Positions 29,186-44,184 of a stretch of DNA of 64,000 nt are shown here, piece by piece. The notes below the pieces were generated by a model that worked only from the letters and a program-made list of their open reading frames with translations, did no database searches and had not been told where the DNA came from. Made by a program: the position numbers and the translations under genes. Numbering within the stretch: position 1 is the stretch's first letter; every line of letters starts with the position of its first letter. Source of the stretch: Octopus vulgaris (lineage: Eukaryota); NCBI GenBank assembly GCA_951406725.2, contig OX597828.1:53320001-53384000 (forward strand), read 5' to 3'.

Positions 29186-29599
29186 ATAGAAAGTACTGGA
29201 GATGAGGCTGAACTGTTCCTGTGGTGAGAATTCATAGCTAGCGATTTGAATCAACATAATGCCATATGATCAACATCTACCGTATACTTGTCATTCGGTT
29301 TTTCTTGCTCATCATCATCATCATCTTCTTCATCATCATCATCATTATTATTAGTTTTACTCACTGTTTAGTTGTTATTCCAATTTTCGTTGTTCATTGA
29401 TGTTGTTTTTACCGTATGGTTGTTTACGGTTTTGTATATTTGTTTATTTGTTTAACGTTGACTAGTATTTGAAAAACTTTCGTTTCTGAATTCTTTTTTT
29501 TTAATTTTGTCTTTTTTTTTCATTCTGTTGTTCAGTGCAGTTCTAGTTTGAATTGTTGGGGTTTTTTAAAAAGTATTTTGTAAGAAAAATATATGTATA

Positions 29600-29645
<46 letters not shown>

Positions 29646-29893
29646 TATATGTATGGTCTTTGCCTACATGCTCGTATACTTGTATGTCTCTGCAGCTGTA
29701 CGTGAGTGTACGTGTGCAGAAGACACAGATACCGACATCATATATTTGCATACACACACATATATATATACCTATAAATTTACATAAATGTATGTATGTA
29801 GATATAATAACAATAAACGTTTGTGGACGTGATGAATACCTATGTAACGATGTAAAAGACATACATACTCACTCAGAAACACACATATACACG

Positions 29894-29941
<48 letters not shown>

Positions 29942-30552
29942 CACATGCATATATCTACATGCCAGCACACATCTACATATGCACCTACGTATCTATATAT
30001 GTGCTCCTTTTGTATCTCAAGTTTATAAATTCCATTGTTTATTGAAAAATGCATACAAGTTCATATTTTCTCTGCCTTTTTACATATTTCTATCTCCTTC
30101 ATTATTTTATTTTCAAATTGATATTTATTATATATTTATATTCTATTTATATTTTATGATCTTTCTTTCATTTCCACCCTTTTTTTCTTTGTTTTCTATC
30201 GTAGATAATTCACCTTCTCTTTTTCTCTACCTCTCCTTCTCTCCATCGTTATCCCCCAACTCTCCCTCACTCCCTTCTCTCTCTTGCTCTCTCCTCCTCT
30301 CCCTATCTCTCTCTCTCTTTGTCACTGATTTTACCGAAATTTTATATTTTTATTATTTTGATAATGTTTCTTCCTTTCCTTCTTCTTCAAAAAAAGAAAA
30401 ACGTTGGAAAGCCGAATATTATGGGAATCACCTAAAATTACATATATTACATATCATAAATATATAAATGCATTTGTAAATCTATATATATGTATGTGTT
30501 TGTGCGCATGTGCCTGTATATATGTATATATATGTGTGTGTGTATGTGTATG

Positions 30553-30629
<77 letters not shown>

Positions 30630-30877
30630 ATATATATATATAATAATAATGCACAACTGTATGTACGCATATTTGTATATACATATACACATACATAAAA
30701 AATATATATACATATATTCAAGTATAATACATACATATGTGAGTGTATTTGTGTATATATGTGTATAAGTATATATATGCATGTATATATGTATGTATGT
30801 ATAAATATATATATCCATGTATATACATGTATATATGTATATATGTATATGTGTCTATGCATCTATGTATCTATGTA

Positions 30878-30931
<54 letters not shown>

Positions 30932-32569
30932 CATGTATATATGACAAATGCAAGAAATTTCTATAGGTTGAAAATATTTCGAAATACAAGCATTCCATGC
31001 ACATCATACGCGAGTATATAAGTTGGGAACACTCACACACATACACACACGTATGCATGCACGCACGGACACACATACACACACACACACACACACATAT
31101 TTATATCCCGTAATACGCATATGTGTCTGTAGACATCTATATTTGCGTATATTTATACAAATGTATAGAAGCATCACTACATATTTTTTTTAAATACGTC
31201 CTAACCTAGTGAAACCAAAAACCCTTGTTGTGAATGCCTACTGGCATCATAACACTTGGATCTCAGAAGTTGGCTTTAATATTGAAAAAGAATCACCCCA
31301 GCTATAGGGGTTCGTTCTGGGCAGCGTAGATAATTCTACATAAAAGAAGTCAAGCACGTAAATCCTAACCCTGCTTTAAAAGTGATTTTAGATTTATAGC
31401 TAGGATTGTAGTAATTATTGGATCTTCGAACAAATGCTTTGTGGTGTTTGTTCAGGGACTCTAGATTCTGAATTCTACGTTGGAATCCTGCTGAAGTTAA
31501 GATGACCTTTCAAGCCTCCAGACTGAAAACATCGTGAGACGCTTAACTATCAGGTTCGATGGCATCAACGAATTCCTCCCCCAACAAATTGGTGATCCTT
31601 TGTGGAACAGTCAATCTATCTCTCTCTCCCCTCTCTCTCTCTCTCTCACTCTCTCACTCACTACAATTGTTTCCATGCAACGTAGTTCTCCCGGCGTGCA
31701 GGTACTTGATTATGCAACTGTTTCTCTTCATTATGAGATCTAGTTGTGTTTCCTCAGGCGATAATTCCAAATTTCTTCAAATAACTATTCACACACGACA
31801 GATGCTCAAACGCAAACCTGGAAGTACGTATGAAACTGCTATTGGATAGCACAGTATATACCACAACTATTTAAATCATTCAACTACGGTTGAATAATAT
31901 TCTAAAGGTCGCAATTTACTCACACGCAGCATCTTCAGAGCTTTGTCAAGAATTCAGTTTTTAACCAAATTGAAAATTGTTAACATTTTTGAAGAGGGCT
32001 GTTCCCTAGCTACATTTTGCCATAAAGAGATTGCGATTTGGTCCAGTAGAAAAAAAGTTTACATGAAAATTTGTAGCAATGTTATAGGAGAGTAAATAAC
32101 CCCTCCAATTATGTTTAGATCTAAATAACTTTTTTTTTCATTTTAAAAGCAAAATGTATTTATCTTAGCTTCAATGATAGAAGTAAGCATGAAGAATTTC
32201 ATAGCTTTGGCCCCATGCAACAAAACTTTTCTATCAAAAAAGTTGTGAGGTAAAATATCATGAAAAAGAATATAAGGCAAAAAATTGGATTTAATTATAA
32301 TTAATTTTTTTTATTTTAAAAACAAACTATATTTTAATTAAGCTTAAATGATAGAGCACAATTCGAAGAATTTCATGATACCAATCTCATGCAATGCAGT
32401 TTTAAAAGAAAAAAGTTATGGGAGTTTGTTTCTCAAAATTGAGGGTGATTATATAGTTCTATACCTTTTTAATTTTCAATAGAATTAACAAGTAATAACA
32501 AATAGAAGTAATAACTTATCCTGTACTCTTCCAGCTTTATAATCTTAAGAATATTATTTCGCTTGCTCT

Positions 32570-32584
32570 AACACTAGTTGTCAA

Positions 32585-32631
<47 letters not shown>

Positions 32632-32835
32632 AGGGGACAGACTCAAAGACACACCCATAGATATATACATATTTACGAAGGGTTTCTTTCAGTTTCCTTC
32701 TACAAAATCCATTCACAAGGCTTTGATCGGTCTTAGGCTATAATAGAAGACACTTGCGCAATATACCATGCAGTGGCACTGAACCCGGAACCATGTAGTT
32801 AAAGAACAAGTCTCTCACCATACAGCCTCACCTAT
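32570..32835 (-). mobile_element. SINE family A, diverged 5' half
   Basis: gaacccggaaccatgt..., ttcacaaggctttgatcgg, internal (TG)n. Confidence 0.78.
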
Positions 32836-32960
32836 AAATATATATTTCATCTTTTATTTTTTATTTTTTATATGTTTCAGTCATTTGACTGAGGTCATGC
32901 TGGAGTACCACCTTGACTTCAGAACATACCTTTTTAAAGCCTAGTACTTATTATATCAGT

Positions 32961-33259
32961 GGAGACACATGGTCAAGTGGTTAGAGCAGCGGGCTTGCGG
33001 TCGAGGGATCGTGAGTTCGAATCTCAGACCGGGCGATGTGTGTGTTTATGAGCGAAAGACCTAAGCTCCAAGCGGCTCCGGCAGAAGGTAATGGCTGACT
33101 ATTTCTGCTGACTCTTTCGCCACAACTTTCCTTCGCTCTTTCCTCCTGCATCTTGCAGCTCCCCTGCGACGGACCGGCATCCCGTCCAGGTGGGGGAAGC
33201 TATACGCCAAGGAATAGCCGGCCCTTATGAGCCAGGCATGGTTCGAGAAGGAACAAACA
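32961..33259 (+). mobile_element. C-related tRNA SINE with tail type 3, inserted into a SINE A tail
   Basis: A-box TGGTCAAGTGG, B-box AGTTCGAATCT; 15-bp TSD acttattatatc(a/g)gt at 32946-32960 and 33260-33274. Confidence 0.9.
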
Positions 33260-33601
33260 ACTTATTATATCGGTCACCTTTTCAAATGTGTATATGATTG
33301 TATTCACATGGGTATACGTTGAACAACCAAATGTCTATTTTTATGAAATCAGAATTTTTGCTCTGGCATTTTTTTTAACCAAATGCAAATATATCTGTTG
33401 TCTATATTCTCTATATGTTGCTAAAATGTTGTACGCAGTGACACACACAAACGTACACATTCACTCAAACACACACACACGCACACACATACATACATAT
33501 ACACACACACATATACACATTCAGAAACACATTATACTGTTATACTTCAAAAGGCAATCGTATATAAACTCCTGGTATGTATATATATGTGTGTGTGTGT
33601 G

Positions 33602-33648
<47 letters not shown>

Positions 33649-34118
33649 ATACATATATATATACATATAATACATATATATGAATATGTATTATCTATCT
33701 ATATGTATGTATGTATATATGCCTGTATATACGTATGTATATTTATATATATCCGCATACATGCTATATAGATGTGTGTGTGTGTATGGGTGTGTGTATG
33801 TGTGTGTGTCCGTGTTTGTGTGCATGCATGTATTTATACATGTGTACATACACGCATGCACAAGCTCACGCACTCTCACTCTCTTTCTCTCTCGATCTCA
33901 CACATGCACACATGCACACGCACACATGCACATGTCTATATACTCACAGAAGCAGGTAGGTATAATATGGAGAGAAAGAAAAAAAATGACGGGAATTCGC
34001 TGAGATGATGTAAGAATATTTCTTCGTCTCGAACTTTTTTCCTTCCCAAAAATCAAACAATGTAAAACTCCACATGTATACATACACACCTACATACATA
34101 TATATGTGTGTGTGTGTA

Positions 34119-34166
<48 letters not shown>

Positions 34167-34754
34167 TACATACATTATAATGCAGAATATTCTTAACAGC
34201 TGCAGCGCGAATTTATAATACAACTGTATATGGAACAAACATAGATATATATAAAACATGAAAACAAATACATAAAAAAAGAAAATTCTTTGGAACTTCC
34301 CGAACTCTTTAAATATCAATTTCTTACAGATTTTTCAGTATTTCAGGGTTCTGTCATGGAGTGTTTTTCTTGGGTTTGCAAAGCCGCCCGCTCTTAAATC
34401 GTTGACTTTTTTTTTTTTTTCGTAGAATGTCTTACTGTTTTCTATATTTTTGAACTTTTGATATTTTTGATAAACCTGCGTGTGTACATATGTGTGTGTG
34501 CATGTATGTGTGTGTGTGTGAATGAGTGTGAGTATACATATATATATATACACACACATATATATATACATATATAAATCTAGGTATGTATATATACATA
34601 TGTGTGTGTGTATGTATATATATATATATATATATGTCTATCTATCTGTCTCTTTCTCTCTCTCTTTCTCTCTCTCTACATATATATATATATATACATA
34701 TCATTGTATGTATGGCTGTATATATGTATGTATGTCCATGAATATGCGCGCGCT

Positions 34755-35045
<291 letters not shown>

Positions 35046-35181
35046 AATTTGCTTAATTTTTTAAAATTTACTTTTCGCCTCTCTTTCAATACTGTTGTTG
35101 TTGCTACTGCTATCATCATTGCTGTTTTTTATGTTGTTATCGTAATTTTTTTTTTATTATTATTATTATTATTGTTGTTGC

Positions 35182-35218
<37 letters not shown>

Positions 35219-35566
35219 ATTACCTGATACCGTTATTTTATCACTTTGTTAAGTTGCAGACGAATATCTTGATCCTAGAGGAAAAAAGAAATATTTGCAT
35301 AAATATATGTATGCGTATATATGTGTGTGTGTGTGTGTCTATGTGCTTCTGTATGTGTATGTGTGTATATGTGTATGCACGTGTGTACTCCTCTGTGCAG
35401 CCGAGAAGCATATTGTTGTTTGTGTAACAGACTGCTAAAGTGCACCTTCGTGAGAAAGAAGTGTTTCGTTAAGTATTTTCCGAATAGTTTGTACTATGAA
35501 ACATATTTTAAATGATGCAATATACACCTGTATGTATGTGTGCGTGTGTGCGTGTGTTTGTTTGTT

Positions 35567-35624
<58 letters not shown>

Positions 35625-35671
35625 GCCTTCTCATCCAAACGTGTATTAAAACAAGCCCTTATACATGCATA

Positions 35672-35700
<29 letters not shown>

Positions 35701-35702
<2 letters not shown>

Positions 35703-35898
35703 TTCTTTACTACCCATAAGAGGCTAAACAGAGGGTACAAACAAGGACAGACAAAGGGATTAAGTCGATTACATCGACCCCAGTGCGTAACTGGTACTTA
35801 ATTTATCGACCCCGAAAGGATGAAAGGCAAAGTCGATCTCGGCGGAATTTGAACTCAGAACGTAACGGCAGACGAAATACGGCAACGCATTTCGCCCG
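35701..35898 (-). mobile_element. SINE family B (variant 1), 5'-truncated
   Basis: Reverse complement of 17510-17707. Confidence 0.9.
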
Positions 35899-35904
35899 TA
35901 TAAA

Positions 35905-36168
35905 ATCTCTACCTCTCCGTTATGAATGACCACGAAATTGCATCTTAAAAGTTCCCCTCCGAGGTGCAAGTCCGGGCAAGGTTGTTTATGGAAGATCAGA
36001 GGTCGCCAAAGTGTACCAGCCTCCAAGGGAAAGACAGATGCTGATACAGCTCGGCACCAATGAGGTTGCAACTCATTTCTAGAGCAGAGTGAACTGGAGC
36101 AACATGAAATAAAGCGACCTGCTTCAAGGCCACAACATACAGCCCGGTCCGGGAATCGAACTCACAAC
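35905..36168 (-). mobile_element. Diverged CORE-like SINE with another tail
   Basis: B-box gttcgattcc and central gttgctccagttcactc on the minus strand, shared with 21920-22010. Confidence 0.65.
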
Positions 36169-36447
36169 CAAATATTTGGTTCGGGTTAGGTTTTATTGCT
36201 AATAGGATTTATGTGGGTAGCGGGTTACTATTTGTACACTAGGTATCCGCACATTTTCAGCAGATTTTCAAATGCTTAGAACCCTCCTGATAATCTTTGC
36301 TGCCCCTAAGAGACAAACTTAGGGGCATTTTATTTCAATTTCCTTCAGCCATATGTCTATATCTTAACTTACTGTATATATACACATATATACATATATA
36401 TATATATATACATATATATATTTTGTCTATATTTTGTCTATATGCAT

Positions 36448-36489
<42 letters not shown>

Positions 36490-37549
36490 TCACTTCTTTT
36501 GTCTATATTTCCCTCCCCACATTCTCTCTCTACCTCACCCTCTCTCTTCATCTCTCTTTTTCTTTTACTCTGAATATCTTCCTAAATTCTTTTGTACCTT
36601 TCTCTCTCTTCCCCTTCATTCCATCTTTTTCACTGTCAGTTTGTGGAAAAGTCTAGAAGTCAGTCGTTTCCTTAGATTTACAGTTATGTCCACAGTGTTA
36701 CCCTGCTTTTTCTCCCTGTCGCCCTGTTTGTATAAGTGTCACCGAATATATAGCTTAAAATGCCCTCAACACAGTATTTTCTTTTACAGCTCTTATTAAT
36801 GTCAGTTCTTTTTTTTCCACTCAACGGATGAAAGTTGTTTAATTTACTTGTCGTTGTTGTTGTTGCTGCTGCTGTTGTTGTTTTCAATTCGTCCCAGTCC
36901 AATGTTTCCAAGATCACAAGGTATTTCATTGTTTAAGCAGGTATCCACAATAAACAGATGCTCATGGTGAAATATAATGGAACGATCCTGTCTATACGTG
37001 CACGGACATAAAAATAAACACGACACACATCGTTGTTCCAATAGTTGATGTCGCTGCTAAAGCTTTTAACCCAAGGTCAATCCTGATGGAGGCAATTCAT
37101 AGCCAAAGAATTGAGAGTCGCAGCTATGCTCTCATTTTACATCTTAGACATCTTAGGAAAGGATTTGAGACATTTAATTTCTATTTTAGCAGGTTGAGTA
37201 ATGACCTATATATCTCGTTAACTCGTCGATGCTGTTGCTGAATTATTTTCTTAATTACCATTCAATTAATCATAGTGAAGCACCCTTTTAATTAAATATG
37301 TCCAAGGCGTGTCCAATCCTTTTTTTTCTTTTTTTGTTTTTTTTTTTTTTTTTTTCTTTTATAAGGGAACTGGATTTCCAATCTGCCTGTTAAATTTCAG
37401 GACATTAAGGACCATTTTGAAAGAGATTTTGTTGCTGTTTCTAACGCATCGGATTTATTAGTAACAATACACTGATGAGCAGTGTAATATAATATCTAAA
37501 AGTTGATGAACCACCTATTGATCCCCTCCAATTTCTTACTGCTCCATAT

Positions 37550-37616
<67 letters not shown>

Positions 37617-37622
37617 TATATA

Positions 37623-38014
37623 CTAGCAGTATCGCCCGACGTTGCTCGGGTTTGTAAGGGAAATAACTATATAAGCATTTTTAGAGATGTAAAGTATAAT
37701 AGCCATCTCAATATAGCTAACCACAAAGGTGGGGTGTTACTGTAGCTTTTTACGTTCTGAGATTTAATAATACATTTTTAGAGAGTTACTTCTCTTATAT
37801 ATGCCAAAAATGCATTAAAAATGGGAGAAATTGATGGTAATTTTTTTTTAAATCGTAGACTCATCGTAGACGCGCGCTAATACCCAGAAGGGCTCGATAT
37901 GAATCACGACTATAAGATACCCGGTTTTGGTTAAACTGCACTGCAAAATGTGGGAGTAGTTAGGAATCTAAATCGTAGGAGACAGACAGCATACAACCTC
38001 ACTTTTATATATAA

Positions 38015-38017
<3 letters not shown>
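37623..38017 (-). mobile_element. Non-autonomous Helitron
   Basis: Minus strand: A|TC 5' end, CTAG|T 3' end, subterminal hairpin cccga-gcaacg-tcggg 8 nt before CTAG, no TSD; lies within (TA)n. Confidence 0.85.
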
Positions 38018-38080
<63 letters not shown>

Positions 38081-38914
38081 ATATATATATATATATATAT
38101 AAGCTTTCCGCTGAGAAGTGGTGCAGGGTCTCATAGTCTTAGACTCGAATTAGATATAAGAAACAAATCCAAATCGTTGTAGAACTATTCGTAAAACTGG
38201 TGCCAAGACCGGCGAGCTTGTAATGACATCGAGTCGTATCAGATGTAATCATGAAGTCGATCAAACAGCGACATTTTGAAATCATGTACGCTTCAGGTTT
38301 GTGTAATATACAATAGGAAATGCATACATTACTTTAAAAATCCCCTCAGTTAAATCATTTCAATAATTTTTGAAATTTTTGAAATGCCACAGCTGTCAGC
38401 CTTTACTCTATCAAAAAGTATTAAATAACACTCTGTAATATGATGATTTTCCTTGAGTAGCAATTGTTATTTCCTATTTGTTTACTTCTAGGAATTATGA
38501 AAAGTGGCTGATAATGCCTTCAGACTTTGCTTTCTTACATTTATTCAAACCCAAAAGGATTTCTCCCACTACTGCTGCTCATGATCAAAGAAACACATAT
38601 CATCACCCAAGCAACAGAGAAGTAAATCTGAGGTATAACGACGTTTCTGCTTCAGCAACTCAACGCTGAATCGGTTTCAAATGTAATGGAAAAATAGGTC
38701 AGTTTTCCAAACATTGATGTCCAGATAAGAAAAACAAAGTTTGAAGGAAATAGAAGTCGTTTCCTTTGATCCCTAGATAGGAGCAAATAGGAAATAACAC
38801 AAATATTGATTAAAGACAAAGAAAAAAAAAGATACAATTTTGCTATTCAGTGTAATCTTTGATGTTAATTTGTACTTATAGCTTGACGTAAACAAAACAT
38901 TAAAAGAAAAGAAA

Positions 38915-38964
<50 letters not shown>

Positions 38965-39091
38965 ATGTGTATGTATGTATGTATTATGTATGTATTCATA
39001 CACAAGACATGTATTATTATATATTCACGCACATATATAAAGATATATATATATAAATGTGTGTGTGTGCGTGTACATAAATATTTATATG

Positions 39092-39136
<45 letters not shown>

Positions 39137-39200
39137 GTATGTATGTATGTGTGTGCCTATATATAATAATATGTGTCTTGTGTATGAATACATACATACA

Positions 39201-39234
<34 letters not shown>

Positions 39235-40083
39235 CATATGTATGTATATAGGCTTGCTCACGCACATACATACAAATATGAGCACTGAGCCAGAAGGATT
39301 GCTTGGAGACACAAGGTACTTTACAAATCTGCAGATTCAGCATGTTTGCGCTGTATGAAACTATTAGTGATTCTTATTTAAATAATCTGTATATCAGAAG
39401 ATCATAAAGATATACATATACACGGAGAGAGTGAAAGTAAGAGAGAAGGAGAGAGCGAGAGAGAGAGTAACTGCCTTTAGAGATATCCATAATTAAACCA
39501 TATATGGATGCCTGCATTCATTAATAGTTATAAGTATATCGAACTGTACATGTGAACAGGCGTTTGTGCGTGTCTGTACACGAATACATGTTTGGTTTGC
39601 ATGTTCGTTTCTTCCTGAGCAGGACCGTAGACTAGAAATATCTCAGAAATTAGACGCAAGATTTGCAAGACTTACAAAGACAACGACTAAATGTCTATCT
39701 GTGTGTTTGTTTGTCTTTGCGTATGAGTGAATAAATAAGTAATTAGACAGGTGGGGGGAACATTAGATTACCTACTTTAGTTTACCTAGGTGACTTTACC
39801 ATTTCTCTGATGTCTTTCTTTGATGCCTTTCTCCGATGCCTCCCTTTTACTCCGCTCTATTTCTCACTCCCTATTATTTTAAAAAGAAGGGTACTGTCAA
39901 ACAGTAAGACATGTGAACAGGGCAAAAGACAGCATTTGTTTTGGAAACTGAAAACCGAACGGATTAATTCATTGTTCAACTGAATCGCCATTTTATTACA
40001 AAGAGAAGAAAGGGAAAAGAAATTCCAATTTTGTTTAGGACATCGTGAATAGGTACACATGTTTGTGGGTCTCAAGTGCGTGG

Positions 40084-40132
<49 letters not shown>

Positions 40133-40517
40133 TACACACACACACACACACACACACTCACACACACATGTATATATATACATCTATTCAACCACGCAAA
40201 TGTGGACGTGTGAGCGTGTACGTATGCGTATGACCGTGTGTATATGTATGTGTATAAGAATGTACATATGCTTGCGCGCGCACGTGTGTGTGTGTGTGTG
40301 TACTATATACTATATACACATAGATACAGGCATACACATATCACTGCAAGAAACGCAAAAAGGGTGGCGTGGCCCAATTCCCACATTCTCCAAAACCAAG
40401 ATGGAAAAGAGGGTCATGGAAAGGAAATGAAATGAACTTCACACTAATTGTGAGGCCCTAGCATGATCTCAGTCTGTGGTTGAAAAGAGGAAAAGTGTAA
40501 GTATATATAGGTTTGTG

Positions 40518-40914
40518 TGTGAAACGTATCTGCCTAGTTTGTGACAAAACTGTTTTCAGCTGACCAAAAAGACACTCGGGTTTCAATTGTACAAGATTTC
40601 CTTGATTGTGTCGAGAACGATGAAAACCTTTTGAAAACTTTGCGTAGGTGTCTGAGCAGGTATCAACAAACTTTCGTCAAATTTTGATGCAGCGTCTCCG
40701 CTCAACTTTCCCTGTTATGTTCAATGCTACGATCACACGCTACACACAATACTTCTAAGCACTGCTGTAAACACCTGAAGTGAGCTAGAACGTTAAAACT
40801 GAGTGCGCTTGCACAACAGAGTTCAAGGTCAATCTGTGTCAAGCGGCTCTACTCTGTGTGCTTTAGCTTCGTTACTATGGCAACAGTCCCGATACTTATT
40901 GATCAAACCACATA
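40518..40914. mobile_element. Rearranged mariner remnant
   Basis: Plus strand 40518-40640 encodes FVTKLFSADQKDTRVSIVQDFLDCVENDENLLK. Minus strand 40914-40642 has a terminal-repeat-like tatgtggtttgatcaataagtatcgggac and a decayed N-terminus (GKVERRRCIKI*RKFVDTCSDTY). Confidence 0.7.
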
Positions 40915-41978
40915 CAGATAAGTGCTTTATAGGTGCGAGACCAACGGTCGCTCTCTGACCTGCTATAACAAACAACATACTAAATATAACCCTTCGTCGG
41001 TACTGGTTAACAAGCTGTAGGAGATGTCCTCCTGGAGTTAAAAAGAGCAATAACAGAGTTCTGCATGGAACAACCTCGCCGAGGTTACTTTTCAGTAAAC
41101 CGTCACTTTTCCGTAGCACTCTTACTTGCATCTCTTATCGAGGTTTTAGAAGACGCTACTTTGTTGAATGAGCTTAATTCTATAATTCGAAAAGAAAATT
41201 ATAAGACATCAGTCTGTCTATGATTTTACTTATTTTGGCACTAAATCATCAACTTCCATTTTATTTACGGAAATCCAATTCAAGGTCTACAACAGCCATT
41301 TCACTGTAACCTATAGAAATTTATAGGTAATATTTTCGAAGAATATTGTATTTAATTTTCTCTTTTGCCGCTTTCAGTTATTAGACAGCGGCCATTTTGC
41401 AACAAGATATGTTTCTATATAAAGGGGGTAAAAGTTGGCGCTTGGAGGCTCCTTATTGTAGGAAAAACAATATAAAAACAGTAAAAACTAGGTAGAGGTG
41501 GTCCGTTCAATTAATCAAAACCGACATTGACCATTGAATGGTTTTAAAGCAAAAATATCAAAAGATCTGATGATGTGATATCGAATGTTTATCAGAAACT
41601 GAGGTAAACGAAGGCAGACAGTCAGGCATAGAAAAGCATATCAAAAGATTTTGATAAAACGTCTTCAAGATTAGCATCAACGCCAACATTTACAACTACG
41701 ATCACCACAGTTATCAGTATTCCCATCACCGAGGATACAAACATCATCAGCAACGCCCACACTGCTACTACGACTGTTACTACTACTACTACAACTACCA
41801 CGACAAGTTAGTACTGACGGCGACGACGACAACGACGACAGCAACAACAACAACATGAACAATGCCTTCACTAGGTTTTGTTTGTATATAAATTTCTTTC
41901 TCAATCTGCCAAAGATGTCATGTAAAGTTGTCCTTCATAAGTAAAGGAGGATGAAGAGATAGGCACTCACATAGATTC

Positions 41979-41979
<1 letters not shown>

Positions 41980-42077
<98 letters not shown>

Positions 42078-42107
42078 CTCTATCTACCTATCTATCTATC
42101 TATCTAC

Positions 42108-42155
<48 letters not shown>
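41980..42155. repeat. (TATC)n microsatellite
   Basis: Tetranucleotide run. Confidence 0.96.
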
Positions 42156-42156
<1 letters not shown>

Positions 42157-42241
42157 GCTATCCAACAGACATATACACACACACGTCAATATATGAGTGT
42201 GTATGCATATATATGTATATCTTCGTATATGTGTGTGTGTG

Positions 42242-42274
<33 letters not shown>

Positions 42275-42326
42275 ATACGTACAGATATATATATATGCAT
42301 ACATATGTATATACATGCATACATAA

Positions 42327-42359
<33 letters not shown>

Positions 42360-42477
42360 TTTGTACACACATACACGTATAAGTAAATATAAATTATCAT
42401 ACGTAGGCATGTATATTTATATCAGTGTACGAAAATGGATGTATTTATATATATATGTATATACATACATATGTATG

Positions 42478-42548
<71 letters not shown>

Positions 42549-43186
42549 ATATATGCATATCTATATATTTACACATACATATACATGTGCACATATATAT
42601 AGTTTATAAGTGTACTTATGTATATGTGTGTATGTATATACACATACATGGGTGGGGTGGTGCGTGAGTGGGTGGCTGTGTGCGCGCATGTGTGTGTGTA
42701 AACATAGAGGTGTTCTAGTTAAGATTGATTCGCGCCATGCTTGTCACAGCCTCTAATCTCCACGCGTGATGGCAGCCATTAATGCCTGTTGTCATTGTGC
42801 ATACATTAGACGTCTGTGTATGTATATGTGTGTGTACGTCTGTGAATGTGTGTGTGTGTACGTCTGTGTGTGTGTGTGTGTGTCTGTTAATTTGTGCTGT
42901 TAGTAGTGGTGCTGGTGATGGTAGTGGTAGTGGTGGCGGTAGTGGTGTTGGTGATGGAGGTTGTTGGCGGTAGTGTCTGTGTATAAATACAAGCTTCTGG
43001 CGACATTGATGGTTTTGGTGGTAGTGTGTGAGTGAATGTAGATAAGAGGTAGACGTAGCGGTGGCGATGGTGGTGGCAGCGGCGTGGTGGTGACGGTGGT
43101 GGTGATGGTTGTAGTGGTTGTGAAGAAGATGGTAATTGTCGCGACAGTGATGGTAGGAGTGACAGTGATGACAGTTTTGATGTTAC

Positions 43187-43220
<34 letters not shown>

Positions 43221-43774
43221 GAAGAGGAGGCAGAGTGGATGCTGTTTGCTGTTTATTACGGTGATGAGCATTATTGAAGTGGTCCCGGGAAGAATTATCA
43301 TGACCAAATCACACACACAGACATATGCACACACATACATACACACATATACACACACACACACTCACACACACACAAATACACACAGTTATACACTCAC
43401 ACACGCGCACATCACACACTCACGCGCAGAAGAAATATTATGATAAACAATTTTATACCATTTGTTCTCTACGTACGTTTCGCCATTCTGGATATTCGCC
43501 ACCTCAGCGTTGAATATTTCGTGTACAATTACTTGTACACATCGGGTCACCAAATAATATAAAGCTGTGTTTATCATAATTTCTCCTACATTTGTTCTCC
43601 ACGCCATAAATAGTCATATACTAAGCTACAGTAGTAACCAAATCATTATACTGGAAACAGACTGGATGGTGATAATCTGTGTGGTACTCTAAATTGACTG
43701 GTAGCTGACACATTTTAAACGGATGTACTATGTAATACAAATAAAAAGAAGTTCGCGCATCTTTAATGAACTTA

Positions 43775-44184
43775 GGCGCAGGAGTGGCTGTGTGGTAAGT
43801 AGCTTGCTTACCAACCACATGGTTCTGGATTCATTCCCACTGCGTAGCACCTTGGGCGAGTGTCTTCTACTGTAGCCTTGGGCCGACCAGAGCTTTGTGA
43901 GTGGATTTGGTAGACGGAAACTGAAAGAAGCCTATCGTATATATGTATATATTTATGAGTGTGTATAGGTTTGTGTGTCTGTGTTTCTCCCCCAACATCG
44001 CTTCACAACCGATGCTGGTGTGTTTACGTCCCCGTAACTTAGCAGTTCGGCAAAAGACACCGATAGAATAAGTACTAGGCTTACAAAGAGTAAGTCCTAG
44101 GGTCGATTTGTTCGACTAAATGCGGTGCTCCAGCATGGCCACAGTGAAATGACTAAAGTAAGTAAAAGAGTAAAAGTGTAAAAG
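43775..44184 (+). mobile_element. SINE family A, full length
   Basis: ggcgcaggagtggctgtgtgg head through gtaaaagagtaaaag tail. Confidence 0.93.

Noticed and set aside
31758-31823. 66-nt plus-strand exon candidate (ttcctcAG...GTACGT)
   Set aside because: Weak donor, no recognisable peptide and no supporting neighbouring exons.
31900-32470. Possible DNA-transposon interior with a degenerate internal repeat (aagaatttcat...catgcaa...aaaaagtt twice)
   Set aside because: No termini or TSD identified, so the family cannot be supported.
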